From assembly GCF_006345805.1 (NCBI RefSeq), contig NC_043001.1, positions 46,624,001-46,688,000 on the forward strand: DNA of 64,000 nt, given 5' to 3'. A model generated the notes under the pieces. The model had not been told where the DNA came from and searched no databases. It saw only the letters and a list, made by a program, of their open reading frames with translations. Source of the stretch: Octopus sinensis. Taxonomy: Eukaryota. Position numbers and translations under genes: made by a program. Positions 53,030 through 64,000 of this stretch are shown piece after piece (position 1 is the first letter of the stretch; each line of letters opens with the position of its first letter).

Positions 53030-54180
53030 CAGTTGTCATTATCACCACCACCAGTACAGCTGTAGCAACCACCTTCCTCTCCAAATACGACGACCACCAG
53101 CAACAACAACACCACTACACAATACCGATTACTACCGCAAGTGTCTTCACCGCCACCACTATCACCTTCATTACCATCACTTCGGAGACCAACAAAACCA
53201 CCATTGCCGCCGCCGCTGCCACCGCTACTACGATTATCACTACTACTATCACCATCACCATTACCGCCGCCGCCACCACCACTACAAACAACAACAACAA
53301 CATACAACAACACCACCACACCAGTATCTCCGTCACCGCACTTCTACAACTATCTTCTCCGCCACTACTACCATTTTCACTACCACTACTTCTGAGATCA
53401 CCACCACTATCACCGCTACCACTACAAAAATCATTCTCACGACCATCACAACCTCCGGTACTGCCAACATTATCACCACTACCATCACAACCACCACTAT
53501 CACTTTCATCACCACCATGTCATGACCATGACTATCACCACCACATTCACCACCGTCACCACATTCACCACCACTACCACCATCTTCACCACCACCACCA
53601 CCACCGCCACCATCACCACCACCAACAACAACAACAACAACATCACCACAATAACAACAACCACCACCATACCAAAACCACCACGACCGCCACCACAACG
53701 ATCACCATCACCATCACCACCACTACTACAACCATCAACATCATCACCTGCCTTCACCATCACCATTACCATGGCCATCAAACATTACCCGCCAAGAAGA
53801 AAGAGTATCGCGTCTTGTTATAGAAGTCAGAAAAACACCTTGTCAGATGGTGACCCAAATAAACAAGTTGACGGACAAGATGATGATGATGACGATGATG
53901 ACGACGACGATGACGACGACGACAACGAAGAAGAAGGATGAAAAGAATTCTTCTAAAACTATGAAGATATTGTTTGTTTAAAGTGCTGTTGTTGACGATG
54001 ATGATGATGGCAGTAATGGTGGTGGGGGTGGTGATGGTAGTAGTAGTGATGATGATGGCGATGATGACGATGATGACAACGACGACGACGACGACGACTA
54101 TGATGACGATTGCAAAAGCAAGATAAAAAGCAAAATCAAAAGCAGCAACAACAACAGCAACATCAGCAATAACAACACCC
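53030..54180. repeat. Cryptic (CAC/ACC/AAC/GAT)n low-complexity tract
   Basis: Direct inspection; yields Thr/His/Val-rich ORFs in several frames. Confidence 0.85.
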
Positions 54181-54189
54181 ACTACTGAC

Positions 54190-54426
54190 CTGTAAACGGA
54201 AGCTTTGGAATGTTGCAAAGAAAAATGGTTGTGATGAATAGATAAAGACATAGCCAACTGGGAGCCGGTAGATGTATGTTTGTGTGGTGTCCTCTGGCCC
54301 GAGGGGTGCTCGAACCCCTACCTCGATTCCTGACAATTGAAACCTCGCCAGCCTCTCCAGTGACCTCAATGAGCGATCTTTGAACTGGTGACCTATTTTG
54401 TCTCGTTTAAGGAATTCTTCCAGCAT
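54190..54426 (-). CDS. Candidate exon (GC-rich unique island), frame unresolved
   Basis: About 55% GC by eye in an AT-rich background; strong donor CAG|gtcagt; 79 open codons from ATG, and other frames are also open up to the donor. Confidence 0.28.
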
Positions 54427-54584
54427 GACTCAAAGTAGGTTTAAATATAAAAAAAATTCCATATCAAATAAAGGTGAGAAGTGTGTCAGGATTTACAAGC
54501 TATTCGCTTTTTGGCTGATTTTTATTTTTGGAAGAGAACAATTGAGTGCCTTTGTCTTTATCTATGCAGTAACAACAACAACAA

Positions 54585-54730
54585 TCCTTTCTATTAAAGG
54601 CACAAGGCCTGAAATGATGGGGAAGGGGACTAGTCGATTACATCGACCCAAGTGTTTCACTGGTACTTAATTTATTCAATCCGAAAGGATGAGAGGTAAA
54701 GTCGATCTCGGCGGAATTTGAACTCAGAAC
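54585..54730 (-). mobile_element. SINE family B, 5'-truncated
   Basis: Reverse complement matches 18720-18860. Confidence 0.8.
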
Positions 54731-55241
54731 TTGAAGCTGGAAACACATTGTACAATCATCGAGTCGAAAGAGTGCTGGAAATGTAAGGTTTTGTGGGACT
54801 TTCCTATTCAAACAGACAAGTTAGAAAATAGTAGACCAGACATAGTCGTTATAGATAAAGAAAAGCGAAGTTGTTTACTTATCGACCCATCATGCCCGTC
54901 TGATTCTAGGATCGTAAAGAAAGAGGAAGTAAAACAAGACAAAATACAATCCCTTAGAATTTGAAATAGGAAGAATTTGGGGCATGCGAACAGTAAAGGT
55001 TGTGCCTATAATAATTGGTGCCAGTAAGCCAAGATATAGACAAATGGATGAAGGAGATTGAAATAGAATGCCCGGTTGAGCTCCTACAGAAAGTTTGTCT
55101 CTTAGGGACAACAAGAATTATCAGGCAGGTTTTAAGCACTTGAAAGAGTGCTGAAAACTTGTGGATACCTAAGGTTACAGGTAGCAACCCGCTACCCATA
55201 TAAATCCTATCAGGAATAAGACCGAACCTGAGCCAAACCAA

Positions 55242-55242
<1 letters not shown>
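54731..55242 (+). mobile_element. Dong/R4-like LINE 3' fragment (RLE domain) ending in (TAA)n
   Basis: KVLWDFPIQTDK..RPDIVVIDKEKRSCLLIDPSCPSDSRIVKKE; (TAA)n at 55243-55335. Confidence 0.85.
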
Positions 55243-55336
<94 letters not shown>

Positions 55337-55339
55337 CTT

Positions 55340-55455
55340 TTCTACAAAAGGCACAAGGCCTGAAATTTGTGGGGGAGAGTACTAGTCGATTACATCGACC
55401 CCAAGGTTTCACTGGTACTTAATTTATCGACCCCGAAAGGATGGAAGGTAAAGTT
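55340..55455 (-). mobile_element. SINE family B 3' half; its (ATT)n tail is shared with the Dong fragment
   Basis: Reverse complement cctttcggggtcgataaattaagtaccag...ttgtgccttttgtagaaaagatt. Confidence 0.8.
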
Positions 55456-55815
55456 GTAGTCGTTGCTGTATTAGTTGCTTTTGCAACTCATGTTGCTGTT
55501 CTTGTTATTGCTTTTGCCACTGTATTATAGAAGCTAATAGGTCTTCCGTCATTTAACAAGTTGTATCACTAACGAATTGTTAAATAACCTACGTAAGTTT
55601 CGAAACCCTCGTCAGTAGATATTGTATCCTCCGTCTCCAAATGTCGTGGTACCGCCACGATATTGTGACGGATGGTTTAGATACACTATACCAGTGTAAT
55701 AACAGTAAACAAGTTAACGATGCGGCCGTAAACGTAACGAACCAACAATCATTATTCCAAACGAACTAAACTAACACACACACACACGCACACGGACATA
55801 CACACACACACATGT

Positions 55816-55864
<49 letters not shown>

Positions 55865-55982
55865 TATATATATAATATATATATACTGATACATTTCTAT
55901 CATTTATTTTTATATTTTTTATTTTTTTCATCTAGTTTCAGCTCACGAGGTTAGGCCTGATACATTTATATTAATATATATA

Positions 55983-56026
<44 letters not shown>

Positions 56027-56027
56027 A

Positions 56028-56056
56028 TCTATAAGTATATAAGCATGTGATTGTAT

Positions 56057-56089
<33 letters not shown>

Positions 56090-56450
56090 TTAACGGCAGT
56101 TGTTTGTCGTGTGTGGTTCTGTGTGTCGTTTAGGTTGTACCCTCCACCCTGACCACAGCTTTCAACCGATTCTGATGAACTTGACACACACATAGCCACA
56201 GTCATAATTCAAAACCTAACACAGCGAAATTTTTGAAAAGTTCCCCCAGTTCTGAAAAAAATCGATAAATTCGACATGGGGTCGAGAATCAGAAACACAA
56301 CCACAGACTGTCTAGGGGACGCAACTCGACCTTTTTAACTAAAAAAAAATTTACCATCATTTTCTTCTCCATTTTTTGGCTATAACTCTCTAAAAATGCT
56401 TTATAGTTATTTCCCTTACAAACCCGAGCAACGCCGGGCGATACTGCTAG
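56028..56450 (+). mobile_element. Non-autonomous Helitron
   Basis: A|TC start; 3' cccgagcaacgccggg hairpin; CTAG|T end. Confidence 0.7.
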
Positions 56451-56464
56451 TATATACATATAAA

Positions 56465-56758
56465 AATTAGAAAAAAAACCCTTTATCAATTCAACAATGA
56501 AAATATTTAATTAAACCATATAGAAAAAAATTACATCCTATAGAGAGAGAAAAAACACATATACCAATGTTTAAGTAATGTACAAAATAATAAATAAAAC
56601 GTATATATATCAATATATACGTGTCATTTATTATTTTGTACATTACTTAAACATTGGTATATGTGTTTTTTCTCTCTCTATAGGATGTAATTTTTTTCTA
56701 TATGGTTTAATTATTTTTTTTCATTGTTGAATTGATAAATAGTGCTTTTTTTCTAATT
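56465..56758. repeat. AT-rich fold-back, arms about 140 bp
   Basis: Near-perfect inverted arms centred near 56610. Confidence 0.9.
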
Positions 56759-56940
56759 ATATATATATTTATATATTATATTTTGTGAAATTTGATTTAG
56801 TATTTCTAAATTGAATTTTTTGGTGTAAGTTTGGAATAATATTCCCTAATATAATATAAATATATATATATATATATATATATTATACACACACAACAAT
56901 ATATCTTTGTATACATGTATGTATACATACATACATACAT

Positions 56941-57227
56941 AGTGGCTTAGTGGTTAGGGTGTTGGACTTACGATCTTATGATCATGGTCTCGATTCCTGG
57001 ACCAGGCGATGTGTATTGTGTTCTTGAGCAAAACACTTCATTTTTCGTCGCCCCAGTCTGTAGAAACGAGTACCACTAGTGGAGGTGCGTTGCTTAGTGT
57101 TTAGTGGTACGACATTCAACTGCAGAAATGAGTTTAGCCTGGGATGGGATGGGCTCAGCCAGGCTTTCTCGCCCAAGATACGCTGCATCGCTGCAGCCCC
57201 CAAACGATTATCAAGGGGTTAAGAGAC
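56941..57227 (+). mobile_element. tRNA-CORE SINE family D
   Basis: gtggcttagtggttaggg A-box; ggtctcgattcc B-box; gttcttgagcaaaacacttcat. Confidence 0.75.
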
Positions 57228-57258
57228 TTGTCAATATATGTACATTTATGTGTGTGTG

Positions 57259-57339
<81 letters not shown>

Positions 57340-57366
57340 GTGTGTATGTGTGTGGGGGGATGTATA

Positions 57367-57596
57367 CAGGGTTGGCCAAAAGTCACCTGACAGTAAATCA
57401 AAACCATTTAATTCCAAGATTTATTTATATTTAACAGCTGAATGAATTTAATAAAAGCATCTAAATATGAAACATCATGAAAATTGTTCAAACTGAACTT
57501 CTTGAGCGACACGCTTTTCCATACCAGTCAATGCAAAATTGCAGATAGTATTTATGGAATTTTGATTTACTGTCGGGTGACATTCGGCCAACCCTG
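57367..57596. mobile_element. Tc1/mariner MITE or deletion derivative (230 bp)
   Basis: 37-bp TIRs cagggttggccaaaagtcacctgacagtaaatcaaaa (3 mismatches); TA on both flanks. Confidence 0.9.
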
Positions 57597-57796
57597 TATA
57601 TACAAACATACATAACATACATGCATACATATGAAATATCAATACCTCAAAAGGGCCAACAGTTTCATTCTGGATACAGAAATCTGCTTCAGACTCAGAA
57701 TCCATAGAACATGACAGAAATGAAACCACCGTCACTACAGATTGAGCATTTCAATGCACACTCACACATACACATACACAGACGTGCATCCCCCAC

Positions 57797-57835
<39 letters not shown>

Positions 57836-58072
57836 ATATATAATATATAATATATATACATATATATACATATATATTATATATCATATATATACATATA
57901 GATATATACATATATATATATATACATATTATATATATAACATCTATAACATACATACATACATACATAAAAGCACACACACACATACACACAGAGACAG
58001 ATACACATACAAACACACACACATACGCATACATACACAAACACACACACGCACACACACACACACACACTG

Positions 58073-58402
58073 AGGCGCAGCTGTGACTGTGTAGTAGGAA
58101 GTTTGCTTCCCAGTTACATGGTTCCGGGTTCAGTCACTCTGTATGGCATTTTGTGCAAGTGTCTCCAACTGTGTGTGTGTGTCTTTGTGTCTGTGTTTGT
58201 CCCCCTCCCCCACCCCACCGCTTGGTGTCTTCACGATGTCCTTGTAAATTAGCAGTTCGGCAAAAGAGATCGATAAAATAAGTACCACCCTTTAAAAAGA
58301 TAATAAGTAAGTACTTGGGAGATTCATTCGACTAACAATTCTTCAAGACAGTACTCCAGCATGGGCGCAGTCTAATGAATAAAACAAATAAACAATAAAA
58401 GA
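58073..58402 (+). mobile_element. Degenerate SINE family A
   Basis: ggcgcagctgtgactgtgtagtagg head; ggttccgggttcagtc; tail. Confidence 0.75.
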
Positions 58403-58474
58403 TACACGCACATATATATATGTATGTGTGTGTGTCCGTCCTATATATATATATATATAAAAAAGCATTACTTT

Positions 58475-58709
58475 ATATAATTAGGGTTCAGCAAAAAAGA
58501 TTGCTTTACCACACTCCGAACTTTTAGAAATAGCAGCCAAACAATTTAGCTATTTCTTCTACTATAAGAAGAGTCTCCCAGACAATGTATACTCAAATGT
58601 CTGGGAGACTCTTCTTATAGTTGAAGAAATAGCTAAATCTTTTGGCTGCTATTTCTAAAAGTTCGGTATGTGGTAAAGCAATTTTTTTTTTGCTGAACCC
58701 TAATTATAT
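58475..58709. repeat. Fold-back, arms about 110 bp, spacer about 12 nt
   Basis: tataattagggttcagcaaaa...gagtctcccagaca pairs with tgtctgggagactc...ttgctgaaccctaattata. Confidence 0.92.
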
Positions 58710-58820
58710 TAAGTATGTTTATATTTACCGTAAATGGTCCTTTTACATACTGAACACTGCTTGGTAAAATTTATTAATTACTATTAATTAATTAATTTTG
58801 CCTTTATTATTATTGACTAT

Positions 58821-58862
<42 letters not shown>

Positions 58863-59001
58863 TATATATATAATATATATATATACACAACACACATACA
58901 TACATACATACATACATACATACATACATACATACATACATACATACATCATACATACATACATACATACATACATCATCATACATACATACATACATAC
59001 A

Positions 59002-59032
<31 letters not shown>

Positions 59033-59736
59033 GTGTGTTTGTGTGTATAGGTCACAGCCATGAGCTGAAAGTTGTAAAAGAATGTGTGTGTGTGTGTGTG
59101 CGCGCGTGCGTTCTGTAGCCTATACATTTCTTTATATATAAACCAACATATTCGCAGAATGCGTCAAATATGTATGGTCCCTTCTTATTTTTAATATTTG
59201 GGTTCTCTTTTATGTACTTGTATTTCTTATTTACTTTATTTATTTGTTCTTTTTCGTTGTTGTTTATTTATCCGCCATATGTGGTATTTTTGTTTATTTA
59301 TCTACTTTATTTGGAAACAATCCCATCTATTAATTCCATTTGTGTCCAAACAAAGAATATGGAATTCCTTGGAGCCATTGATGGAAATAATCATGTCTAT
59401 CTATCTATCTATCTATTTATCTGTCTATCTATCTATCTATCTATCATCATACTTGTGGCTATGGCGAAAGAATGTATCTGGTGGACGCGCCTGAAAGGAT
59501 TAGAGACAACGCTTTCCTCTCTGGTCAATCTCTCATCAACTTCTTTCTTCAAGTATCACTTGAAGAGGAAAGTGAGAATAGAGAGGCAATTTTTTCTAGT
59601 GAATGTTTTAAAAAAATGGGTGAATGTAGCAAGGATGGCACGTATGAATGACGAAGCCACCTTGACTATGATTCTATGAACCATAAAATTAATACAGAGA
59701 GTTGCTTATTTGCAAAAAAAAAAAAAAAAAAAAGAA

Positions 59737-60052
59737 ATATAACATGTGACTTCATTGACCGAGGTTACCGTGGTCTTTCCGTAGGCTTTTCTTTCCACGG
59801 GTAAACCTCACCTGTCCTCCCCCCTTTACACTTCATATTGACATTTCGTGATAAACGATCCCTATTAATTCATTTTTTTTTCTTCTCCCCCCCTTTTTTT
59901 AACCCCTCCCTTTTTTGTCCTTTTTCTTTCCTTTTTACGATCCCTTTTGATCGAAAACCACCACTCTCCTTTTTTTTACCCCCCAAAAGAAAAGCTCTAC
60001 CTTGTAATTTGTTCTATCTGTGTGCAGGCCCTGTGTGGCTAATAAAGAAACA

Positions 60053-60115
<63 letters not shown>

Positions 60116-60343
60116 TTATCTGTCCTGTCTGTCTGTCTATCTATCGATCTATCTATCTATCTATCTATCTATCTATTTTTTTTTTGTTCTTTTCTTTCTC
60201 TTTTAACGATCCCTCTTGATCGAAAACCGTACGCCACCCCCTTTTTGTTCTTTTGTTTTTGTTCTCTTCATCCCCCAAAAGAAAAGCTCTACCTTGTAAC
60301 TTGTCCCAGCGCTGTGTGCAGCCCTGTGTGGCCATAAAGAAAC

Positions 60344-60345
<2 letters not shown>
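59737..60345 (+). mobile_element. Unclassified retro-type repeat (family E): one long copy and one partial tandem copy, each followed by (TATC)n
   Basis: Homologous to 63163-63420; ends gccctgtgtggctaataaagaaac. Confidence 0.6.
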
Positions 60346-60416
<71 letters not shown>

Positions 60417-60515
60417 ATCTGTCTGTTGTCTGTCCTGTCTGTCTGTCTTTCTATCTATCTATCTATCTATGTATCTTCTATCTATCTATCTTCTATCTAT
60501 CTATCTATCTATTTA

Positions 60516-60562
<47 letters not shown>

Positions 60563-60615
60563 GTCTGTCGTCGTCTTGCTAGGTTCTTCTATCTATCTAT
60601 CTGCTATATATATAT

Positions 60616-60666
<51 letters not shown>

Positions 60667-60725
60667 CTCTGTCTGTATGTCTTTCTGTTTGTCTGTTTGT
60701 CTGTTTGTCTATCTATCTATCTAGC
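60050..60725. repeat. (TATC)n/(TGTC)n microsatellite array
   Basis: Direct inspection. Confidence 0.9.
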
Positions 60726-60924
60726 TAGCTATATAAATATAAGTACATACAACTATTTGCCTGTCTGTCTAACTATATATCCGCTCTCTCCCTCTCTCTC
60801 TCGCTCTCTTGATATAATGCATACATACATACATACATACATACATACATACATACATACCATACATAATACATACATATGTTTATTGTCAATCTTATCC
60901 TGTCTTATTATTTAAGAGAAGAAA

Positions 60925-61140
60925 TGGCGTGAGCTAGCAGAATCGTTAGCGCGCCAGACAAAATGATTTGCAGCATTTAGTCCGTCTTAACGTTCTGAGT
61001 TTAAATTCTGTTGAGGTCGACTTTGCCTTTTATCCTTTCGAGGTCTATGAAATAAGCACCAGTTACGCAATGGGGTCATGTAATCAACTAATTCCCTCCC
61101 CATACATGTCAGGCCTTGTACTTATAGTAAAAAGGATAGC
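60925..61140 (+). mobile_element. SINE family B, full length
   Basis: ggcgtgagctagcagaatcgttagc head to ttgtacttatagtaaaaagg tail. Confidence 0.8.
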
Positions 61141-61147
61141 GATAAAC

Positions 61148-61452
61148 GTCGCCTTTATCAAGCCTAGCCAGGCTCATGGACCCGGTTTCCCGGTTTCTGT
61201 GGTGTATGTGCTCACCCCAGCTGGATGGGACGCCAGTCCATCGCAGTGTTACTCAAGAAACAGGAAGAGAGAGTGAGAGAAAGTTATGGCGAAAGAGTAC
61301 AACAGGGGTCGCCACCATTCCCTGCCGGAGCATCGTGGAGCTTTTAGGCGTTTTCGCTCAATGAACACACACAACACCCGGTCTGGGAATCGAAACTGCG
61401 ATCCTCCGACCGCGTGTTCCGCTGCCCTAACCAGTGGGCCATTGCGTCTCCA
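61148..61452 (-). mobile_element. SINE family C with a V-domain-like tail
   Basis: Family C head and middle, then gcgatggactggcgtcccatccag. Confidence 0.85.
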
Positions 61453-61479
61453 CACAGTAAAAAGGATACGGAAAAAGAA

Positions 61480-61622
61480 AGGGGACGAGTTGGCAAAATT
61501 GTTAGCACACCGGACAAAATGCTTAGCTATATTTCTTCCGGCTTTATGCTCTGATTTCAAATTCCGCTGAAGTAGACTTTACGTTTCATCTTTTCGAGAT
61601 CGATAAAATAAGTACCAGTAGA
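61480..61622 (+). mobile_element. SINE family B, 5' half
   Basis: gagttggcaaaattgttagcacaccggacaaaatgcttagc. Confidence 0.7.
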
Positions 61623-61787
61623 TTGTGTCAATTAATATAAGGATAATATATAAGGGGTTCCTTTTTATCGCCTCCAAGGTGATGGAGTATAAGGTCAGTT
61701 TCAAGTAGGATTTTAGTGCCCTCCCCCTCTCTCTCTTCCATTCCATTCTTCTATATACGTGCAAAAAAATTCTATATCTGTCTGTGT

Positions 61788-62031
61788 GCCCTTTTAAATC
61801 CTAGCCAGGCTCATGGGACCGGTTTCCCGGTTTCAATGGCGTATGTGTTCCCCAGCTGGACGGGACGCCAGTCCATCACAGCGTTACTCATTTTTGCCAG
61901 GTGAGTGGACTGGAGCAACGTGGAATGAAGTGTTTTGCTCAAGAACACAACGTGTTGTCCGGTCCAGGAATCGAAACCACAATCTTACGATCATGATGCT
62001 GACACCTTAACCACTAAGCCACGCGCCTCCA
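61788..62031 (-). mobile_element. tRNA-CORE SINE family D with a V-domain-like tail
   Basis: tggaggcgcgtggcttagtggttaagg head; gttcttgagcaaaacact; gtgatggactggcgtcccgtccag. Confidence 0.85.
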
Positions 62032-62606
62032 CAAAATTCTATATACGTACATAAAATTTCACTTAAAGGACACTTAACCCCAACATTGATAAAAGCAATA
62101 AAAACAACAAGCATACAAAAACTACGACAGTAACACGGAAAATAGACACACAACAAGGCAAATTAAGAACAAAGGTGGAAATCTGCATCCAATTAAAATG
62201 TCAATAAGATGCAAACACAATAAACCGGACATTGTTGCGTAAGTTAAGAACAAAAAGAAACGAAAAACTAACAAAGAAAAAAACTAACAAATATACCAGT
62301 GCAGTTTCCAATGGTCACAGGAAGTAAAGTTGTTCAGTTGACTTAATATATGTGCCCGAGTAAGAGAGAAAGAGAGGGGGAGAGAGAGCGAGAGGGAGAG
62401 GAGAGAGAGAGAGAGAGAGAGAGAGTTAAACAACTATGTTATTTAAACAACATTGTGTCACTTGAACAACAATTGCGAAGACAGGGACTTTCAATTTAAG
62501 GAAAAGATAAACAATTATTTATTTTTATTGTATGTATTTAGAAAAAGGGTCGACGCTGGATTTAAGACTCCAAGAGAATAGCCAATGGATCACAGTTATT
62601 GATCGA

Positions 62607-62930
62607 AAGTGTCTTCTACAATAGCCTCGGGCCGACCAAAACCTTGTGAGTGGATTTGGTAGACGGAAACTGAAAGAAGTCCGTCGCATATATGTATATG
62701 TGTGTGTGTGTATGTTTGTGTGTCTGTGTTTGTCCCCCCAACATCGCTTGACAACCGATGCTGGTGTGTTTACGTCCCGTAACTTAGCGGTTCGGCAAAA
62801 GAGACCGATAGAGTAAGTACTAGGCTTACAAAGAATAAGTCCTAGAGTCGATTTGCTCGACTAAAAGGCGGTGCTCCAGCATGGCCACAGTCAAATGACT
62901 GAAACAAGTAAAAGAGTAAAGAGTAAGAGT
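62607..62930 (+). mobile_element. SINE family A, 5'-truncated
   Basis: Core, microsatellite, tail and terminal (aagagt)n. Confidence 0.85.
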
Positions 62931-63162
62931 AACTGCTGGTCTCTTTTGCTAAGCTACGGGGACGTAAACAAGGGAATAGAGTCGGTAAAATCTAGGCTAA
63001 ATTGAGGGGATGGTGCAAGGATTTTTATTCACACCCATAGCAACCCCAGATGCTAACCTTGAACCATAAAAAAACATTTTTCAGCTTATCGAACTTCGAT
63101 ATGAGAAAAGCCCACAACCTTTTATATCAATAAACTATTATTGCAAATAAATGTGTTAACAT

Positions 63163-63420
63163 GTGACATTATTGACCGAGGTTACCGTGGTCTTTTCCGT
63201 AGGCTTGGCTTTCCTTTCCACGAATAAACCTTATCTGTTTCCCCCTTTACACTTTACATCATGACATTTCTGTGATACATGATCCCTATTGATCATTTTG
63301 TTTTGACGATCCCTTTTGATCGAAAACCTACCCCACATTTTTTTTCTCCCCAAAACGAAAAGCTCTACTTTGTAATTTGTCCCGTCTGTGTGCAGCCCTG
63401 TGTGGCTAATAAAGAAACAT
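63163..63420 (+). mobile_element. Family E repeat copy
   Basis: Homologous to 59737-60050. Confidence 0.6.
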
Positions 63421-63531
63421 GTCAATAAACTATTATTGTTCCTGAAAGTTGTTTTTATAGCTACTGCAGACTGCTTGAAGATTACTAACTCCCTACACCT
63501 TGATTCTTGGATTTTACAATTACATATCATT

Positions 63532-63601
<70 letters not shown>

Positions 63602-63944
63602 GGTGTGTGTGTGTGTGTGTATGCCCAAGGTACAGCCCAGTAGGACTGATCCCGAGATCACATAGTTGAAAAGCGAGCTTCTTAACCATACAGTCATGCA
63701 TTCGTCTCTTGAGTTTTGTCTGAAAACTTATGCATATTAGAGAGAGTGAACAAACTCTCATAGCTTCTGACCCTAGTAGTCATTATATGTCGTAATTCTA
63801 CTTGGTGAACTAGTTGTTTGTCCAGTTGGCGATCTCCAACAACAGGAGCACTGTTCTATTTTCTTTTCCATCGATTCAAGAATTTTTTGTTTAGGCCCGT
63901 CTTATTTGGTGAGTATGGTTTCCATTATTACTGCGAAACTTAAG

Positions 63945-64000
63945 GCGGTGAGCTGGCAGAACCGCTAGCGCATCAAACAAAATGCCTAGTAGCATTTTTC
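63945..64000 (+). mobile_element. SINE family B head (runs off the window)
   Basis: ggcggtgagctggcagaaccgctagcgcat. Confidence 0.7.

Noticed and set aside
52989-54257. Mucin-like Thr-rich, His-rich and poly-Asp ORFs
   Set aside because: Open in multiple frames on both strands over cryptic trinucleotide repeats; typical low-complexity non-coding DNA
55585-55620. Hammerhead-like CUGACGA-GGGUUUC-GAAA-CUUACG-UA on the minus strand
   Set aside because: The core is canonical but stem I cannot form (A-G at the first pair), and there is no PLE context

Overview
Eukaryotic, AT-rich, microsatellite-saturated genomic DNA. The SINE families and simple-repeat content resemble an octopus (coleoid cephalopod) assembly; this is recognition from memory, not a database result. 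A 100-N scaffold gap lies at 32714-32813. No host protein-coding gene can be called with confidence, and nearly all ORFs in the supplied track are translations of microsatellites. The real coding signal is transposon-derived: (1) a near-full-length Neptune-type Penelope-like element (RT + GIY-YIG) with a minimal hammerhead ribozyme in its 3' end; (2) a complete Tc1-type element with a DD36E triad; (3) a Chapaev3-type transposon nested in a hAT MITE; (4) three restriction-like-endonuclease LINE fragments, two of them Dong/R4-like and ending in (TAA)n; (5) RTE LINE fragments whose 3' end is shared with a local SINE; (6) Tigger and hAT remnants. Also present are non-autonomous Helitron-like elements, four modular tRNA-derived SINE families, and seven fold-back palindromes with apparently unrelated arms. 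Two weak minus-strand exon candidates lie at 54190-54426 and 51408-51464.
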